DNA from: a virus
Taxonomy: Duplodnaviria > Caudoviricetes
Reading direction: 5' to 3' (one strand)
Length of the DNA stretch: 58,534 nt
IMG/VR virus record: IMGVR_UViG_3300017763_000017
Coordinates: 1 to 58,534 of that record
Both the position numbers and the translations under genes were made by a program. The notes beneath the pieces are model-generated. The model was not told the DNA's origin, searched no databases, and saw nothing but the letters and a program-made list of their open reading frames with translations. Positions 1 through 8,992 of the stretch are shown here, piece by piece (within the stretch, counting starts at the first letter, position 1; every line of letters begins with the position of its first letter).

Positions 1-1694
1 ACTGCTCGTATTTCACCACCAGCAGTAATTCCACCATCACTCGAAACACCAGCGACATGAATTGTTGCGGTTGGATCAATACCTAGAGTAGATCCAGCGA
101 GTGTCATACCTGCACCAGCGGTTGTAGTTTCTCCAGTGGGTGCAGTTGATTGGAAGGTTCCATCGGCGAAGGTTATACCAGAAGAACCAAGACTGATTCC
201 CTGAGTCACAATATTGTGCGAATCTAATTCTATAGGAACAAGGAATTTTACTTCTGTATTATTAACATGGATTTTTTCAAATCCAGTGTAGGATGCAATA
301 CCTGTTCTAGTGTTAACGAAATTAATATAACCATAAGGTGAAGAAAGTTTACCATCAAGAGTAATACCACCATCACTAGAGATACCAGCGACATGAACTA
401 TGGCGGTTGGATCTATTGAGAAAGTATTTCCACCGGAGAGTGTAAGTCCTGCGCCACCATAGTAAGTAGCACCACCTCCACCACCCGAACCGTCTTGTCC
501 AGTTACACCTCGAGGACCAGTTACACCATCAATACCAGAAATCTGAATCCAGCCCAAAGTAGTTCCGTCAAAAATATAAGCATAATATAGTCCGGTGTCG
601 TTTTCGTACCAGAAATCTCCAGTGTTTGCACCCACGGGTGCAGTATTACCTGCGGTGTAACCAACAGAAGTACCATCTGCCCCAGTTACACCACCAGATC
701 CAGATGCAGCAGTCGATTGGAAGGTTCCATCGGGGAAGGTGATGCCAGCGGCATCCATTGAGATACCTGCGGCAGTGACAAACAACTGATTCGATTTGCC
801 ATACCCGTTACCAACTTCTAAACTCTTACTCGAACTTCCTGCGTACATTAAACGGGCTGTTGCTGAATCTATCTTCAGACCGTGGCTGCTGCTATTTAAT
901 GCTAATAATGTCACGGTATCAGATGCAATTTTAGCATCAGCATTGTCAATAGTTAAAAACTGAGTCTTGATTGGTCCACCAAAGGTAGCACCACCATCAC
1001 TAGAGATACCAGCAACTTCCACTACTGCGGTTGGATCAATACCTAGAGTAGATCCAGTGAGTGTCATACCTGCACCAGCGAATATTTCCAATTGGTCAAA
1101 GGTAACTGCACCTGTTTCGCCGTTGAAACTAGAAACACCAGTTACATCACCAGTTAAACCATTAAACGAAGTGACAATACTTTCTGCTTCTGTTCCGTCA
1201 GGGAATCTGAAGTATTCGGAAGCAGCCTGTGCTGGTGCGTCAGCATAAACGTTTATCGTTACCGACTTACCACTACCAGTTGAAATGTTTGGCAGAATTC
1301 CAGTCGCAGTAAATGAATATGATCCAGAAAATAAAGTTACTGAGTCGTAATAAAAGTTTCTTTCTATTGTGGAGTCACCAAAAATAACACCAATTCTACC
1401 TGTGGTAGTCAGTGTACCATTCAACGCATCAGCAAAACTAGTTCCATTGCTATCGTTTTCATTTATTGAAATTGTATTGTTACTGGTGTTATGTAAGAAT
1501 TCTCCGTCAGCAGAAGCATTTGCAAGACTACCACCAGAGGTATAAACATAGGTTGCACCTGTAGCAGAAGCACCTCCACTAGAACCACTACTACCTGCAA
1601 CTTCCTGTGTCCAAGCATAGCCTGTCCACTTAAAAGTTTTACTGCCTATATTGGTAGTATCATTTACACTCGGACTGTTTGGAAATGTACCCAT
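1..1694 (-). CDS. Modular tail-fibre/virion appendage protein, partial (runs off the left end; absent from the ORF track)
   Basis: ATG at 1694 with GAGG RBS; reads MGTFPNSPSVNDTTNIGSKTFKWTGYAW... open to position 1; G/S/T-rich; three GAG(M/L)TL..IDPTA..VAG(I/V)SSDGG repeats, two GITF.DGTFQSTA repeats, VTSFNG.TG.V repeats, one GDFWYENDTG module. Confidence 0.8.
   Translation of the reverse strand, partial: MGTFPNSPSVNDTTNIGSKTFKWTGYAWTQEVAGSSGSSGGASATGATYVYTSGGSLANASADGEFLHNTSNNTISINENDSNGTSFADALNGTLTTTGRIGVIFGDSTIERNFYYDSVTLFSGSYSFTATGILPNISTGSGKSVTINVYADAPAQAASEYFRFPDGTEAESIVTSFNGLTGDVTGVSSFNGETGAVTFDQLEIFAGAGMTLTGSTLGIDPTAVVEVAGISSDGGATFGGPIKTQFLTIDNADAKIASDTVTLLALNSSSHGLKIDSATARLMYAGSSSKSLEVGNGYGKSNQLFVTAAGISMDAAGITFPDGTFQSTAASGSGGVTGADGTSVGYTAGNTAPVGANTGDFWYENDTGLYYAYIFDGTTLGWIQISGIDGVTGPRGVTGQDGSGGGGGATYYGGAGLTLSGGNTFSIDPTAIVHVAGISSDGGITLDGKLSSPYGYINFVNTRTGIASYTGFEKIHVNNTEVKFLVPIELDSHNIVTQGISLGSSGITFADGTFQSTAPTGETTTAGAGMTLAGSTLGIDPTATIHVAGVSSDGGITAGGEIRA
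66..120. repeat. 55-bp direct repeat, copy 1
   Basis: Matches 1026-1080 at 54 of 55 positions; offset 960 bp (in frame). Confidence 0.9.
1026..1080. repeat. 55-bp direct repeat, copy 2
   Basis: tgcggttggatcaatacctagagtagatccag(t/c)gagtgtcatacctgcaccagcg. Confidence 0.9.
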
Positions 1695-1718
1695 TAATAA
1701 TTCCTCTTACAGTATATA

Positions 1719-2390
1719 TCAGAGTTCTTCAATTATCATCCGAGTTCCTCCAGCAGGAGACATAAAAGTTCCAGAACCGAGACTTCCAAAATCTAAAGAA
1801 TTTTGAACTTTTACAATTACACCAATTACATTATTATTGTAAATGTAAGTACAAGAGGTTGTGTCACCATGAACAAATGAATTTCCCGGAGCTGCTCTAG
1901 GAAAACTATGATACATGTCAGTTCCTGCCTGATCAACTTCGAATATTCCAGTATCATATCTTATTTTAGTCAAAGTTCCTACTGCACTAGATGGTGTTGC
2001 TCCAGTCAATCCAACAGTAACATCTGTAGTAATTTTAAATAATCCAGTTTTATTTATTTTAACTCCACCTTCAGATAGTGTAAGACCAGAAGGATCAGAA
2101 TTGTACATAGTACTATCTATTGTTATTCCACTGGTAGAGTTAAACTCAGAATTAGTTATATTCCTAAAACTACCATATAACTTTGTTATATCACCAGTCT
2201 CTCCATTTATAGAAGAAACTGAGTGTGTAGAACTATTGATTTCCTTGAGTCCATCATCAGAACCTTTGAAAAATAGTTTTTCATCGGCTGCGTTGATGGC
2301 TAGTTCACCATCTTTTAGTAAAGTAGAATCGGGAGTTACACCACTTGTTTCAGAGTATAAAATTTGTATTGTAGATTCTCTATTTAACAT
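1719..2390 (-). CDS. Short fibre protein with Mtd_N-like N-terminal attachment motif and beta-rich head
   Basis: N-terminus RESTIQILY..GVTP..L.DGELAIN..D.KLF shared with 2615-4060; VSSINGETGDI motif. Confidence 0.6.
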   Translation of the reverse strand: MLNRESTIQILYSETSGVTPDSTLLKDGELAINAADEKLFFKGSDDGLKEINSSTHSVSSINGETGDITKLYGSFRNITNSEFNSTSGITIDSTMYNSDPSGLTLSEGGVKINKTGLFKITTDVTVGLTGATPSSAVGTLTKIRYDTGIFEVDQAGTDMYHSFPRAAPGNSFVHGDTTSCTYIYNNNVIGVIVKVQNSLDFGSLGSGTFMSPAGGTRMIIEEL

Positions 2391-2394
2391 TTAC

Positions 2395-2592
2395 TCACTC
2401 AAAATCTTTTTTAGTAGTTCGTCTTCCCTTTGCCTCTAATTTTTTAGTGAGTTCTGCTACCTTAGCAACAGACTCAGTGTAAAGATCGCTCAACTCCTTT
2501 ACCTTAGCCTCCAACTTTATACAATGAGGCATTATCTCGCTATACCGAGTAAGGGAAATCTCGGCCAAATAATCACTATACTTCGAATCCAT
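2395..2592 (-). CDS. Small coiled-coil protein (possible fibre chaperone)
   Basis: 65 aa, heptad pattern KLEAKVKEL..KVAELTKKLE, GAAAGG RBS, between two fibre genes. Confidence 0.5.
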   Translation of the reverse strand: MDSKYSDYLAEISLTRYSEIMPHCIKLEAKVKELSDLYTESVAKVAELTKKLEAKGRRTTKKDFE

Positions 2593-2614
2593 AATATAAA
2601 CCTTTCACTAAAAA

Positions 2615-4060
2615 TCAAGAATATGTACCAGCATTTACCTTACAAACTAGTGTTGCGATGTTACCAGAAGCCATACTAGGAAGTGTAGCGTCTGTACCAT
2701 TATATGCAGCGCCACTTATGTCTTCAAACAACTTAAACTTACCCGAGTCATTCGCATCTCTTGCAAGACCTGTATACTTAATGGCACCATCATTATACTG
2801 ACCAACAAATCCAATGTCAATACTATCTGCGGAATTGTTATGTGCAAGACCCATTAAAGAATCTTCAACCAATACCGTAGTGGTGTTTATTGTAGTAACA
2901 GTTCCATTTACAGTAAGATCTCCCGATATTGTGACATTATCAGGCATTCCAATTTGAACGTTTCCGGCAGTTTCTTCTACTGTAATTTCGTTTGCAGTTC
3001 CTGTAAATCCTAGAGATTGTCCGAGACCGATACTAAAACTACCAGAATCGGTTGAAGTAGTAACCGTAAATCCAGAATTGTCTAACTTAGAAGAAGGAAT
3101 ATCACCAGAAATACCAGTGCTTGGATTCAATCCTGTTGCATCAGTAAGATTAAACGCAGGGGTTGCGTCTGTTTCTCCAAGATTGAGAGACACACCACCA
3201 AATGATACACTAGAGTTGGCTAATTGGTTATTTCCAACACCGCCAGATTTAATATTAACAGTACCATACCCACTAATATCAGTAGCAATAGCAAAGTCAG
3301 TAGCAGCAAAAGCTGCAACGCCAACTTGGGTTGCGGTTGCTGCAGTTACACCTATTGTTACAGTGCTACCAAGTTGAACAACTTGTGTGCTAGTGGATCC
3401 ATCTATTTCAACACCACCGGTTCCACCTGAAAAATTGATGTTACTATTTGCTAGTTTTGAATTTGGAATTCCACTGTTACTCAAACCAAAAGTCAAGGTA
3501 TTACCAGAGGAAGAAGTTGCTACACCATCTGTACCAGAAATAAACGTATTAGAACCCAGACCAATAATTTTTGTAGTAGTATCATCGGTAATAAAGTTAA
3601 TAGCATCGTTTGCCAGAGAAACATTACCGACAGCACTCACAGTAAAGTCATCAGAGTTATATTTTGCAACACCAACTACACTAGTAGTCGCGGTGAGACC
3701 AGCTATTGTTAGAGTACCACTACCACTACCAGTAGTAGAAATACCAATACCCAATCCAGCCGCAACATTAACAGAACCAGTCAGAGCTTCGATACTCGTA
3801 ACACCAGCAGAAGCACCAATAGAGTTATCGACATAAGTCTTAATTGACTGCTGAGAAGCAAGAGAAGTTGCACTATTAGAGTTAAAGTCGTCTTCGTCTA
3901 GTATTTGTGCGCCAACAGTAACTGCAGTATTGTTTCCACCCGCACCAACGAATAGATTTTTTGATCCATGGGCGTAGGCTAATTCACCATCACTCAGATC
4001 CGTGGGCGCTCCTGTAGTGCTACCACCATATAAAATTTGAATAGTTGATTCTCTTGCCAT
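2615..4060 (-). CDS. Tail-fibre-like virion protein
   Basis: Mtd_N-like N-terminus; repeated (N/S).(K/Q)L.NS and AT...VGVA....DF units; C-terminal GDLTVNGTVTTINTTTVLVED...DIGFVGQY..YTGLARDA motif typical of T4-like fibres. Confidence 0.7.
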   Translation of the reverse strand: MARESTIQILYGGSTTGAPTDLSDGELAYAHGSKNLFVGAGGNNTAVTVGAQILDEDDFNSNSATSLASQQSIKTYVDNSIGASAGVTSIEALTGSVNVAAGLGIGISTTGSGSGTLTIAGLTATTSVVGVAKYNSDDFTVSAVGNVSLANDAINFITDDTTTKIIGLGSNTFISGTDGVATSSSGNTLTFGLSNSGIPNSKLANSNINFSGGTGGVEIDGSTSTQVVQLGSTVTIGVTAATATQVGVAAFAATDFAIATDISGYGTVNIKSGGVGNNQLANSSVSFGGVSLNLGETDATPAFNLTDATGLNPSTGISGDIPSSKLDNSGFTVTTSTDSGSFSIGLGQSLGFTGTANEITVEETAGNVQIGMPDNVTISGDLTVNGTVTTINTTTVLVEDSLMGLAHNNSADSIDIGFVGQYNDGAIKYTGLARDANDSGKFKLFEDISGAAYNGTDATLPSMASGNIATLVCKVNAGTYS

Positions 4061-4071
4061 CGATTAATTCC

Positions 4072-4737
4072 TTAAGTAAAAGTCCCGCCGAGTATGAATT
4101 CTAAATCCACTGATATATTTATATATCCCGTAGACCCAGATCCTTCGTTTGTAACACCAATAATAACGTTACTGCCCTGAACAAATTTGAGAGCATTAAT
4201 TCCTTCAATTGTAAAGGTAGGACCAGATAAGTCTACCTCGCCTCCAGATCCAGCAGGACCTTGTGGTCCCTGTGGTCCCGTATCACCTGTATCGCCAGTT
4301 GGTCCTATGGGTCCACCAGAAGGACCAGTATCACCTCTAGGACCCGGCTGACCATTTATTTCTACCCATTGGAGCGAATCTCCGTCACTCACATAAACAA
4401 AGAAAGATCCAGTGTCTTCTTCAAACCAAAAGTCACCAAGGTTTGGAGATGACGGTGGTGATGCATCAAAGGTTATAGCAGTTGCACTCAAAGAAAGTAT
4501 AGACCAATCCGAATTGGATATACCACCTTCTAGTTTGTAATATGTCTGGTCACCCAGAACATAAACCAACATACCTTCTTCCCTGCGATCAGACGGTATG
4601 TTATTTCTTGCAGTTGTATTATTTACAGTACGAAGTCCACCCAAACCAAATTCTGGTTTAGTCACAGGGAAAGTATCCGCCGTATCAGTAGGCGATATGA
4701 ACCCTCCTATTCTAACTCCACCCGTAATAATTGCCAT
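4072..4737 (-). CDS. Virion protein with short collagen-like segment
   Basis: GGLRTV..ARNNIP..RREEGMLVYV domain, GDFWFEEDTG..QWVEI module, Gly-X-Y run GPRGDTGPS..GPTGDTGDTGPQGPQGPA. Confidence 0.65.
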   Translation of the reverse strand: MAIITGGVRIGGFISPTDTADTFPVTKPEFGLGGLRTVNNTTARNNIPSDRREEGMLVYVLGDQTYYKLEGGISNSDWSILSLSATAITFDASPPSSPNLGDFWFEEDTGSFFVYVSDGDSLQWVEINGQPGPRGDTGPSGGPIGPTGDTGDTGPQGPQGPAGSGGEVDLSGPTFTIEGINALKFVQGSNVIIGVTNEGSGSTGYINISVDLEFILGGTFT

Positions 4738-5624
4738 TATGTGCTAACCTTTACTGATACTTCCCCTGCGAAATTGTTGGTAGATTCATATAGATGATAT
4801 ACGACATTTAATCCAAATGTATTCACATGACCAAAAGTTCCTCCATCAGTGAAAGGAAAGTTCAAATTGGTCCCAGTATCAGTAAAAGTTAAAGAGCCGG
4901 AAATTTCTTCTTCCGGTATCACAAAGTATGCTTTGTTTGCTGGAGATGCTGCAGCAAATGTGACCGTATAATTATTAGGTGTTGTTCTAAATGTATCTGC
5001 AAATCCTTGTCCTGTAAGACCAGAACCAGTAAATCCTGCACCAGTCTTGCCACTAAAGTATTTATACTTCCAAGTTAAATTTTGATTTCTCGTAGCATCA
5101 CTACCTTGATCCTGTGACCCCGATATAGTGAAGGTCAACGTAGTCGGCGATGTAAAATTATATGCCGAGTGTGTTATTCCCGTAGGGGAATCATCATAAT
5201 CTAATCCAGAAACTAATGTACCAACACTTTGATTTGCTGATATGGAAAGTGATCCCGAAACCCAATTTCCTGTAGGACCGGATGTATTCCATGTAGCGTT
5301 ATTAGTAGAGTTACCTGCAGTCTGTCCAACTTCATAAGAAGTGGAAAGTGCAGTAGAGAATGAAGTAAAACTAACCGCCTGATATGGATACAACAAACTT
5401 TCCAGAACCTGTATAGCATCAGTTCCGTTTGCCAAAGTTGTTCCCGCTTCAATTCCACCTACAGTTTCTGGAAAAGGATCATCTTGTCGAGTCCAAGTCG
5501 CCCCAGAACCGCCAGTTCCAGTACCACTTATTTTATCCCAAGCATAACCATTCCACTTCCATGTGATACCACTGAAAGTGTACTCGTCATTCGTTGCGGG
5601 CGATACTGGAAATAGTATTGTCAT
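4737..5624 (-). CDS. S/T/G-rich beta-sandwich virion protein
   Basis: N-terminal FPVSPATNDEYTFSGITWKWNGYAW module shared with 1-1694; GGAG RBS. Confidence 0.6.
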   Translation of the reverse strand: MTILFPVSPATNDEYTFSGITWKWNGYAWDKISGTGTGGSGATWTRQDDPFPETVGGIEAGTTLANGTDAIQVLESLLYPYQAVSFTSFSTALSTSYEVGQTAGNSTNNATWNTSGPTGNWVSGSLSISANQSVGTLVSGLDYDDSPTGITHSAYNFTSPTTLTFTISGSQDQGSDATRNQNLTWKYKYFSGKTGAGFTGSGLTGQGFADTFRTTPNNYTVTFAAASPANKAYFVIPEEEISGSLTFTDTGTNLNFPFTDGGTFGHVNTFGLNVVYHLYESTNNFAGEVSVKVST

Positions 5625-5633
5625 TTACTCTCC

Positions 5634-7079
5634 TTAGAATTCTACCCATAAATCTTCATAACGAGTAAAAAGCTTCGCAGTATCTGACTCTATCCACCTA
5701 TCTCCAGTAACAAAAGTTCCCGATGGTGCATTATCAGAAACATAGACATTGCTTCCAGCAGAACCACCAGCAGAAATCGAAACTCGTACACTCTTACCAC
5801 CAACCTTATTTAGTGAAACTCCAGAACCTTCAAAAATTAAATCTTCAGGATTTCTAACAAAAGCAACATCAGAGTCATTTCCATTTTTAATTGATGACAA
5901 TCCACCACCGCCACCATAAGATGCTGCAGTGATAAAATTGTTCATTAGTTTTTCATTTACGTTACCACCAGAGAGGAGTTTTTCAAAAAACTTCTTATCA
6001 ATTGTAAATAACCCACGATCTTCTTGATAAACTAGTGGGTACTTAGCCTTTACTATAGGAGATTCACCGTCCTCTCCCTTTGGTCCAGCAGGACCGACAG
6101 AACCTTGCAATCCATCAGTTCCATCAACACCATCTTTACCTTTAGATCCCCGGGGCCCCTTTGGACCTCTTTCTCCTGTAGAACCGCGTGGTCCAGCAGG
6201 TCCCCGTTCACCTTGTTTACCGGGAACAGAATGTCCAAGAGGACCTCGAGGACCTACCGGTCCTTTTGGTCCCGTGCTACCACGATCTCCTCTTTCTGCT
6301 GCTGTTCCGGGAATACCCCGCTCACCACGTTCTCCCTGCTCTCCTTTATCACCCTTCTCTCCTTTGGGTCCAGTTGGACCGTCAGCACCATCTTTTCCAT
6401 CTTTTCCATCTTTCCCATCTTTTCCGGGTTCTCCTCTAGGACCAGCATCACCACGATCACCTCTAGGTCCAGCAGGACCTTGGTCGCCTACAGGACCCTG
6501 CTCACCCGGAAATCCTCTAGGTCCAGCAGGACCAACTAATTTTTCTTCTTTGATTATTTCAGTTACATATTCTCTTTTTGTTATTTTATCTTCTTCAACC
6601 AAAATATCCAATAGATCATTAGAACTGACTTTTTCAGTTTCATCTATAATAATTTCCATACACTCATTGAATTTTTTCTTTGATCCACGAAGTGCAACAA
6701 CCTCAGAACCATCCTCAAGAAATATTATATTCGTACCTGCATCCAGAGCCTCAGACCTATCAAATTCACTCAAAGGACTTTCTTTGTATATCCTACCAGC
6801 AAATAAATTTGAAACTGGAGGACCTTTCCACCTATACGTTTTTAATTTAGTTTCGGTATATTCATGTAAATATTCATCATAGTCGGATCGTTTTCCTAAT
6901 AATTTAACCACTGCACCAGATTCAATTTTAAAATTCTTTCCTTTAGAGAAAAAGTTAAATCCCCCATCATACTCAGATAAATTAATAGCTTCAACGTGAA
7001 TCAGATTACTCTCCTCTATAATCTGATTCTTCTGTATGGAATCATTTATGGTCTTTTTTACAATCCATTTAGACATCAT
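5634..7079 (-). CDS. Collagen triple-helix repeat protein
   Basis: Roughly 50 Gly-X-Y triplets (about 6065-6535) with two interruptions; C-terminal GDRWIESDT..WVEF module. Confidence 0.85.
   Translation of the reverse strand: MMSKWIVKKTINDSIQKNQIIEESNLIHVEAINLSEYDGGFNFFSKGKNFKIESGAVVKLLGKRSDYDEYLHEYTETKLKTYRWKGPPVSNLFAGRIYKESPLSEFDRSEALDAGTNIIFLEDGSEVVALRGSKKKFNECMEIIIDETEKVSSNDLLDILVEEDKITKREYVTEIIKEEKLVGPAGPRGFPGEQGPVGDQGPAGPRGDRGDAGPRGEPGKDGKDGKDGKDGADGPTGPKGEKGDKGEQGERGERGIPGTAAERGDRGSTGPKGPVGPRGPLGHSVPGKQGERGPAGPRGSTGERGPKGPRGSKGKDGVDGTDGLQGSVGPAGPKGEDGESPIVKAKYPLVYQEDRGLFTIDKKFFEKLLSGGNVNEKLMNNFITAASYGGGGGLSSIKNGNDSDVAFVRNPEDLIFEGSGVSLNKVGGKSVRVSISAGGSAGSNVYVSDNAPSGTFVTGDRWIESDTAKLFTRYEDLWVEF
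6390..6425. repeat. Tandem 9-bp repeat x4 encoding (GKD)4 in the collagen domain
   Basis: atcttttcc atcttttcc atctttccc atcttttcc. Confidence 0.9.
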
Positions 7080-7654
7080 GAGTCATCCCAAAATCGTCCG
7101 AATCCATTTACTCGATACATGTAATAATTAGTACCACCATCAATGGACCAGATCTTCCACATATGTATTCCGCCAGTAAGACCGTCTGTAGCATCACTAG
7201 ACAGTGATCTGTCCATATGCACAGTTCCGGTGATTCCACTATTATTGAGACCAACAATATTAAAATCTGTCGGGTTATCTGGATTATCAACAATTAGTGT
7301 TGCTTCCATAAATGAATTTGTTGTTGGGGGATTTAAAAATCTAACCGTACTAGGAAAAGTTCCAGTAGAAGCTGCAAATCCAATAAAATGAATATCAGAA
7401 ATGCTTAGATATGCATCATATGTAAGTCCAACAGATGTCAAACCCTGACCTAGTATGTTTACGTTAGGATATTCTTTTTCTACCTTCGTATCAGAAACCC
7501 AAGCACCAAGTCTACCATCAAAAAACCATTCCTGAGTAAACCCCTTATTTAGTCCATCAGGATAAGTGCAACCGGATGTCCATCCAAAAGGATAAACATC
7601 ACATGTTGCACCATCAACACCGTTTATTGCAGGAAATCTAATTGGATCCGTCAT
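7076..7654 (-). CDS. Hypothetical virion-associated protein rich in G-x-T
   Basis: 192-aa ORF, first gene after a late-type promoter, stop overlaps next start (ATGA). Confidence 0.55.
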   Translation of the reverse strand: MTDPIRFPAINGVDGATCDVYPFGWTSGCTYPDGLNKGFTQEWFFDGRLGAWVSDTKVEKEYPNVNILGQGLTSVGLTYDAYLSISDIHFIGFAASTGTFPSTVRFLNPPTTNSFMEATLIVDNPDNPTDFNIVGLNNSGITGTVHMDRSLSSDATDGLTGGIHMWKIWSIDGGTNYYMYRVNGFGRFWDDS

Positions 7655-7685
7655 TAATAGATATATCCCTATAACTTATACCTAT

Positions 7686-7693
7686 TATTTATG
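7686..7693 (-). promoter_or_regulatory. T4-type late promoter (CATAAATA) ahead of the fibre cluster
   Basis: TAAATA core of the gp55 consensus TATAAATA, overlapping the upstream stop codon. Confidence 0.55.
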
Positions 7694-8969
7694 CTTTTTG
7701 TTTCGGTCTCTTTTTATATCCACGTTTTTCTGGAGCTTTAGTAGGCTTTTTATTCATATTGGGTTCTTTTTTAGGTGCTCCAACATGAGGTGGTAAATTA
7801 TTCTCTGCAATTTTTCTCTGTTCTTCTATTTGTTTCATAACTTGCTCATATGATCTAAAATTCTGAAGAACTCTTTGTTTGTGCATAGGAGGAATGAGGT
7901 TATTTTCTAGAAGAATTTTACTTGCTTCATATCCAACCTGTGCTTGATTTGCATAAAAGGCAGTCGCAGAAACTTCATCCAAAATACCCCACCTATAAAC
8001 ATCATCCTGAATAAACAAAATGTCCTGTTGTGGATAAGGAATATCCAATGCTATCCTAGCATACATGTATGCTGCAGCAGGCATTTCGTTCATTCTATAC
8101 ATCCTAGACAAGAACCATAAAGGTTCAGCCCTAATAGGTCTATAATTAAATGCATCAACAAACGCTGCTGCGGTTTCTTCTAATGGTCGATTCATTAATC
8201 CTTTAAGTATACCACATCTAAGTTTTGCATAATATACTTCTTCTGCCCAACCACCCAATTCAACTCTTCTTTCGTATGCAACAAGAGACTTCTCAAACTG
8301 CTGAGAGTCAAAGTAAGACTGTGCTAAGTAGAATTGATAACGATCATTTTCGGGTTCATCTAGTATAGCCCTTTCTAGAACTTCCGCATCTCTCTTATAT
8401 TTTTCTATAGGGGTAATACCAACATTACGATTGCCTTCAGTTCTTGCAATTACTTTATAGTTACCACCAAGTTTGCTAGCTTTAATTTCTTCTCTTGGTT
8501 TGGCATCAGTTGTTGCATATTCGTGCAATATACCAGCATATTTCCAGTCCAAATCAAGCTTAAAAATTTGGTTTCTCCACCAAGTAAAATCACCGCGACC
8601 AATATTTAATGAATATGCATCATGGTTCATTGGTTTTGGAAACTGAAAATCACCTTCCACATAATCATCTGCATCAATAACCCATGCGTATTCGGCATCA
8701 GATTTTTTTGCATTTATTAAAGATTCTGACCTAGAACCCATTTTACCGCCATGATCACCAAATCCTTTCCAGTCTGATTGATGAACCTCACCGGGAACTT
8801 TTAGTTCTTCCATAGTCTTCTTGATAAGATCCTGTGTTCCATCGGTGGAACCAGTATCAGTAATATCATATCTATCAACATATTTGGCAATAGAACGAAG
8901 ACATTGTTCTATAATATGAGTTTCATCTTTCACGATCATACACAAGGTAACTTTAGGACGGTCATTCAT
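7689..8969 (-). CDS. Glycosyltransferase family 2 with TPR repeats
   Basis: LCMIVKDE..I..CL, DTGSTDGT, DADD (DxD), Y.G.LHE; TPR-like RYQFYLAQSYFD..YYAKLRCG..P.RAEPL. Confidence 0.9.
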   Translation of the reverse strand: MNDRPKVTLCMIVKDETHIIEQCLRSIAKYVDRYDITDTGSTDGTQDLIKKTMEELKVPGEVHQSDWKGFGDHGGKMGSRSESLINAKKSDAEYAWVIDADDYVEGDFQFPKPMNHDAYSLNIGRGDFTWWRNQIFKLDLDWKYAGILHEYATTDAKPREEIKASKLGGNYKVIARTEGNRNVGITPIEKYKRDAEVLERAILDEPENDRYQFYLAQSYFDSQQFEKSLVAYERRVELGGWAEEVYYAKLRCGILKGLMNRPLEETAAAFVDAFNYRPIRAEPLWFLSRMYRMNEMPAAAYMYARIALDIPYPQQDILFIQDDVYRWGILDEVSATAFYANQAQVGYEASKILLENNLIPPMHKQRVLQNFRSYEQVMKQIEEQRKIAENNLPPHVGAPKKEPNMNKKPTKAPEKRGYKKRPKQKA

Positions 8970-8992
8970 TATATACTCCTATAATCTTTCAT

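Noticed and set aside
66-1080. Repeat pair as a diversity-generating retroelement TR/VR
   Set aside because: Only one mismatch, both copies inside one ORF and no reverse transcriptase in the window
967-7391. Many plus-strand ORFs such as 967-1248, 3387-3836 and 6274-6882
   Set aside because: Antisense shadows of G/S/T-rich and collagen genes; no RBS or independent motifs
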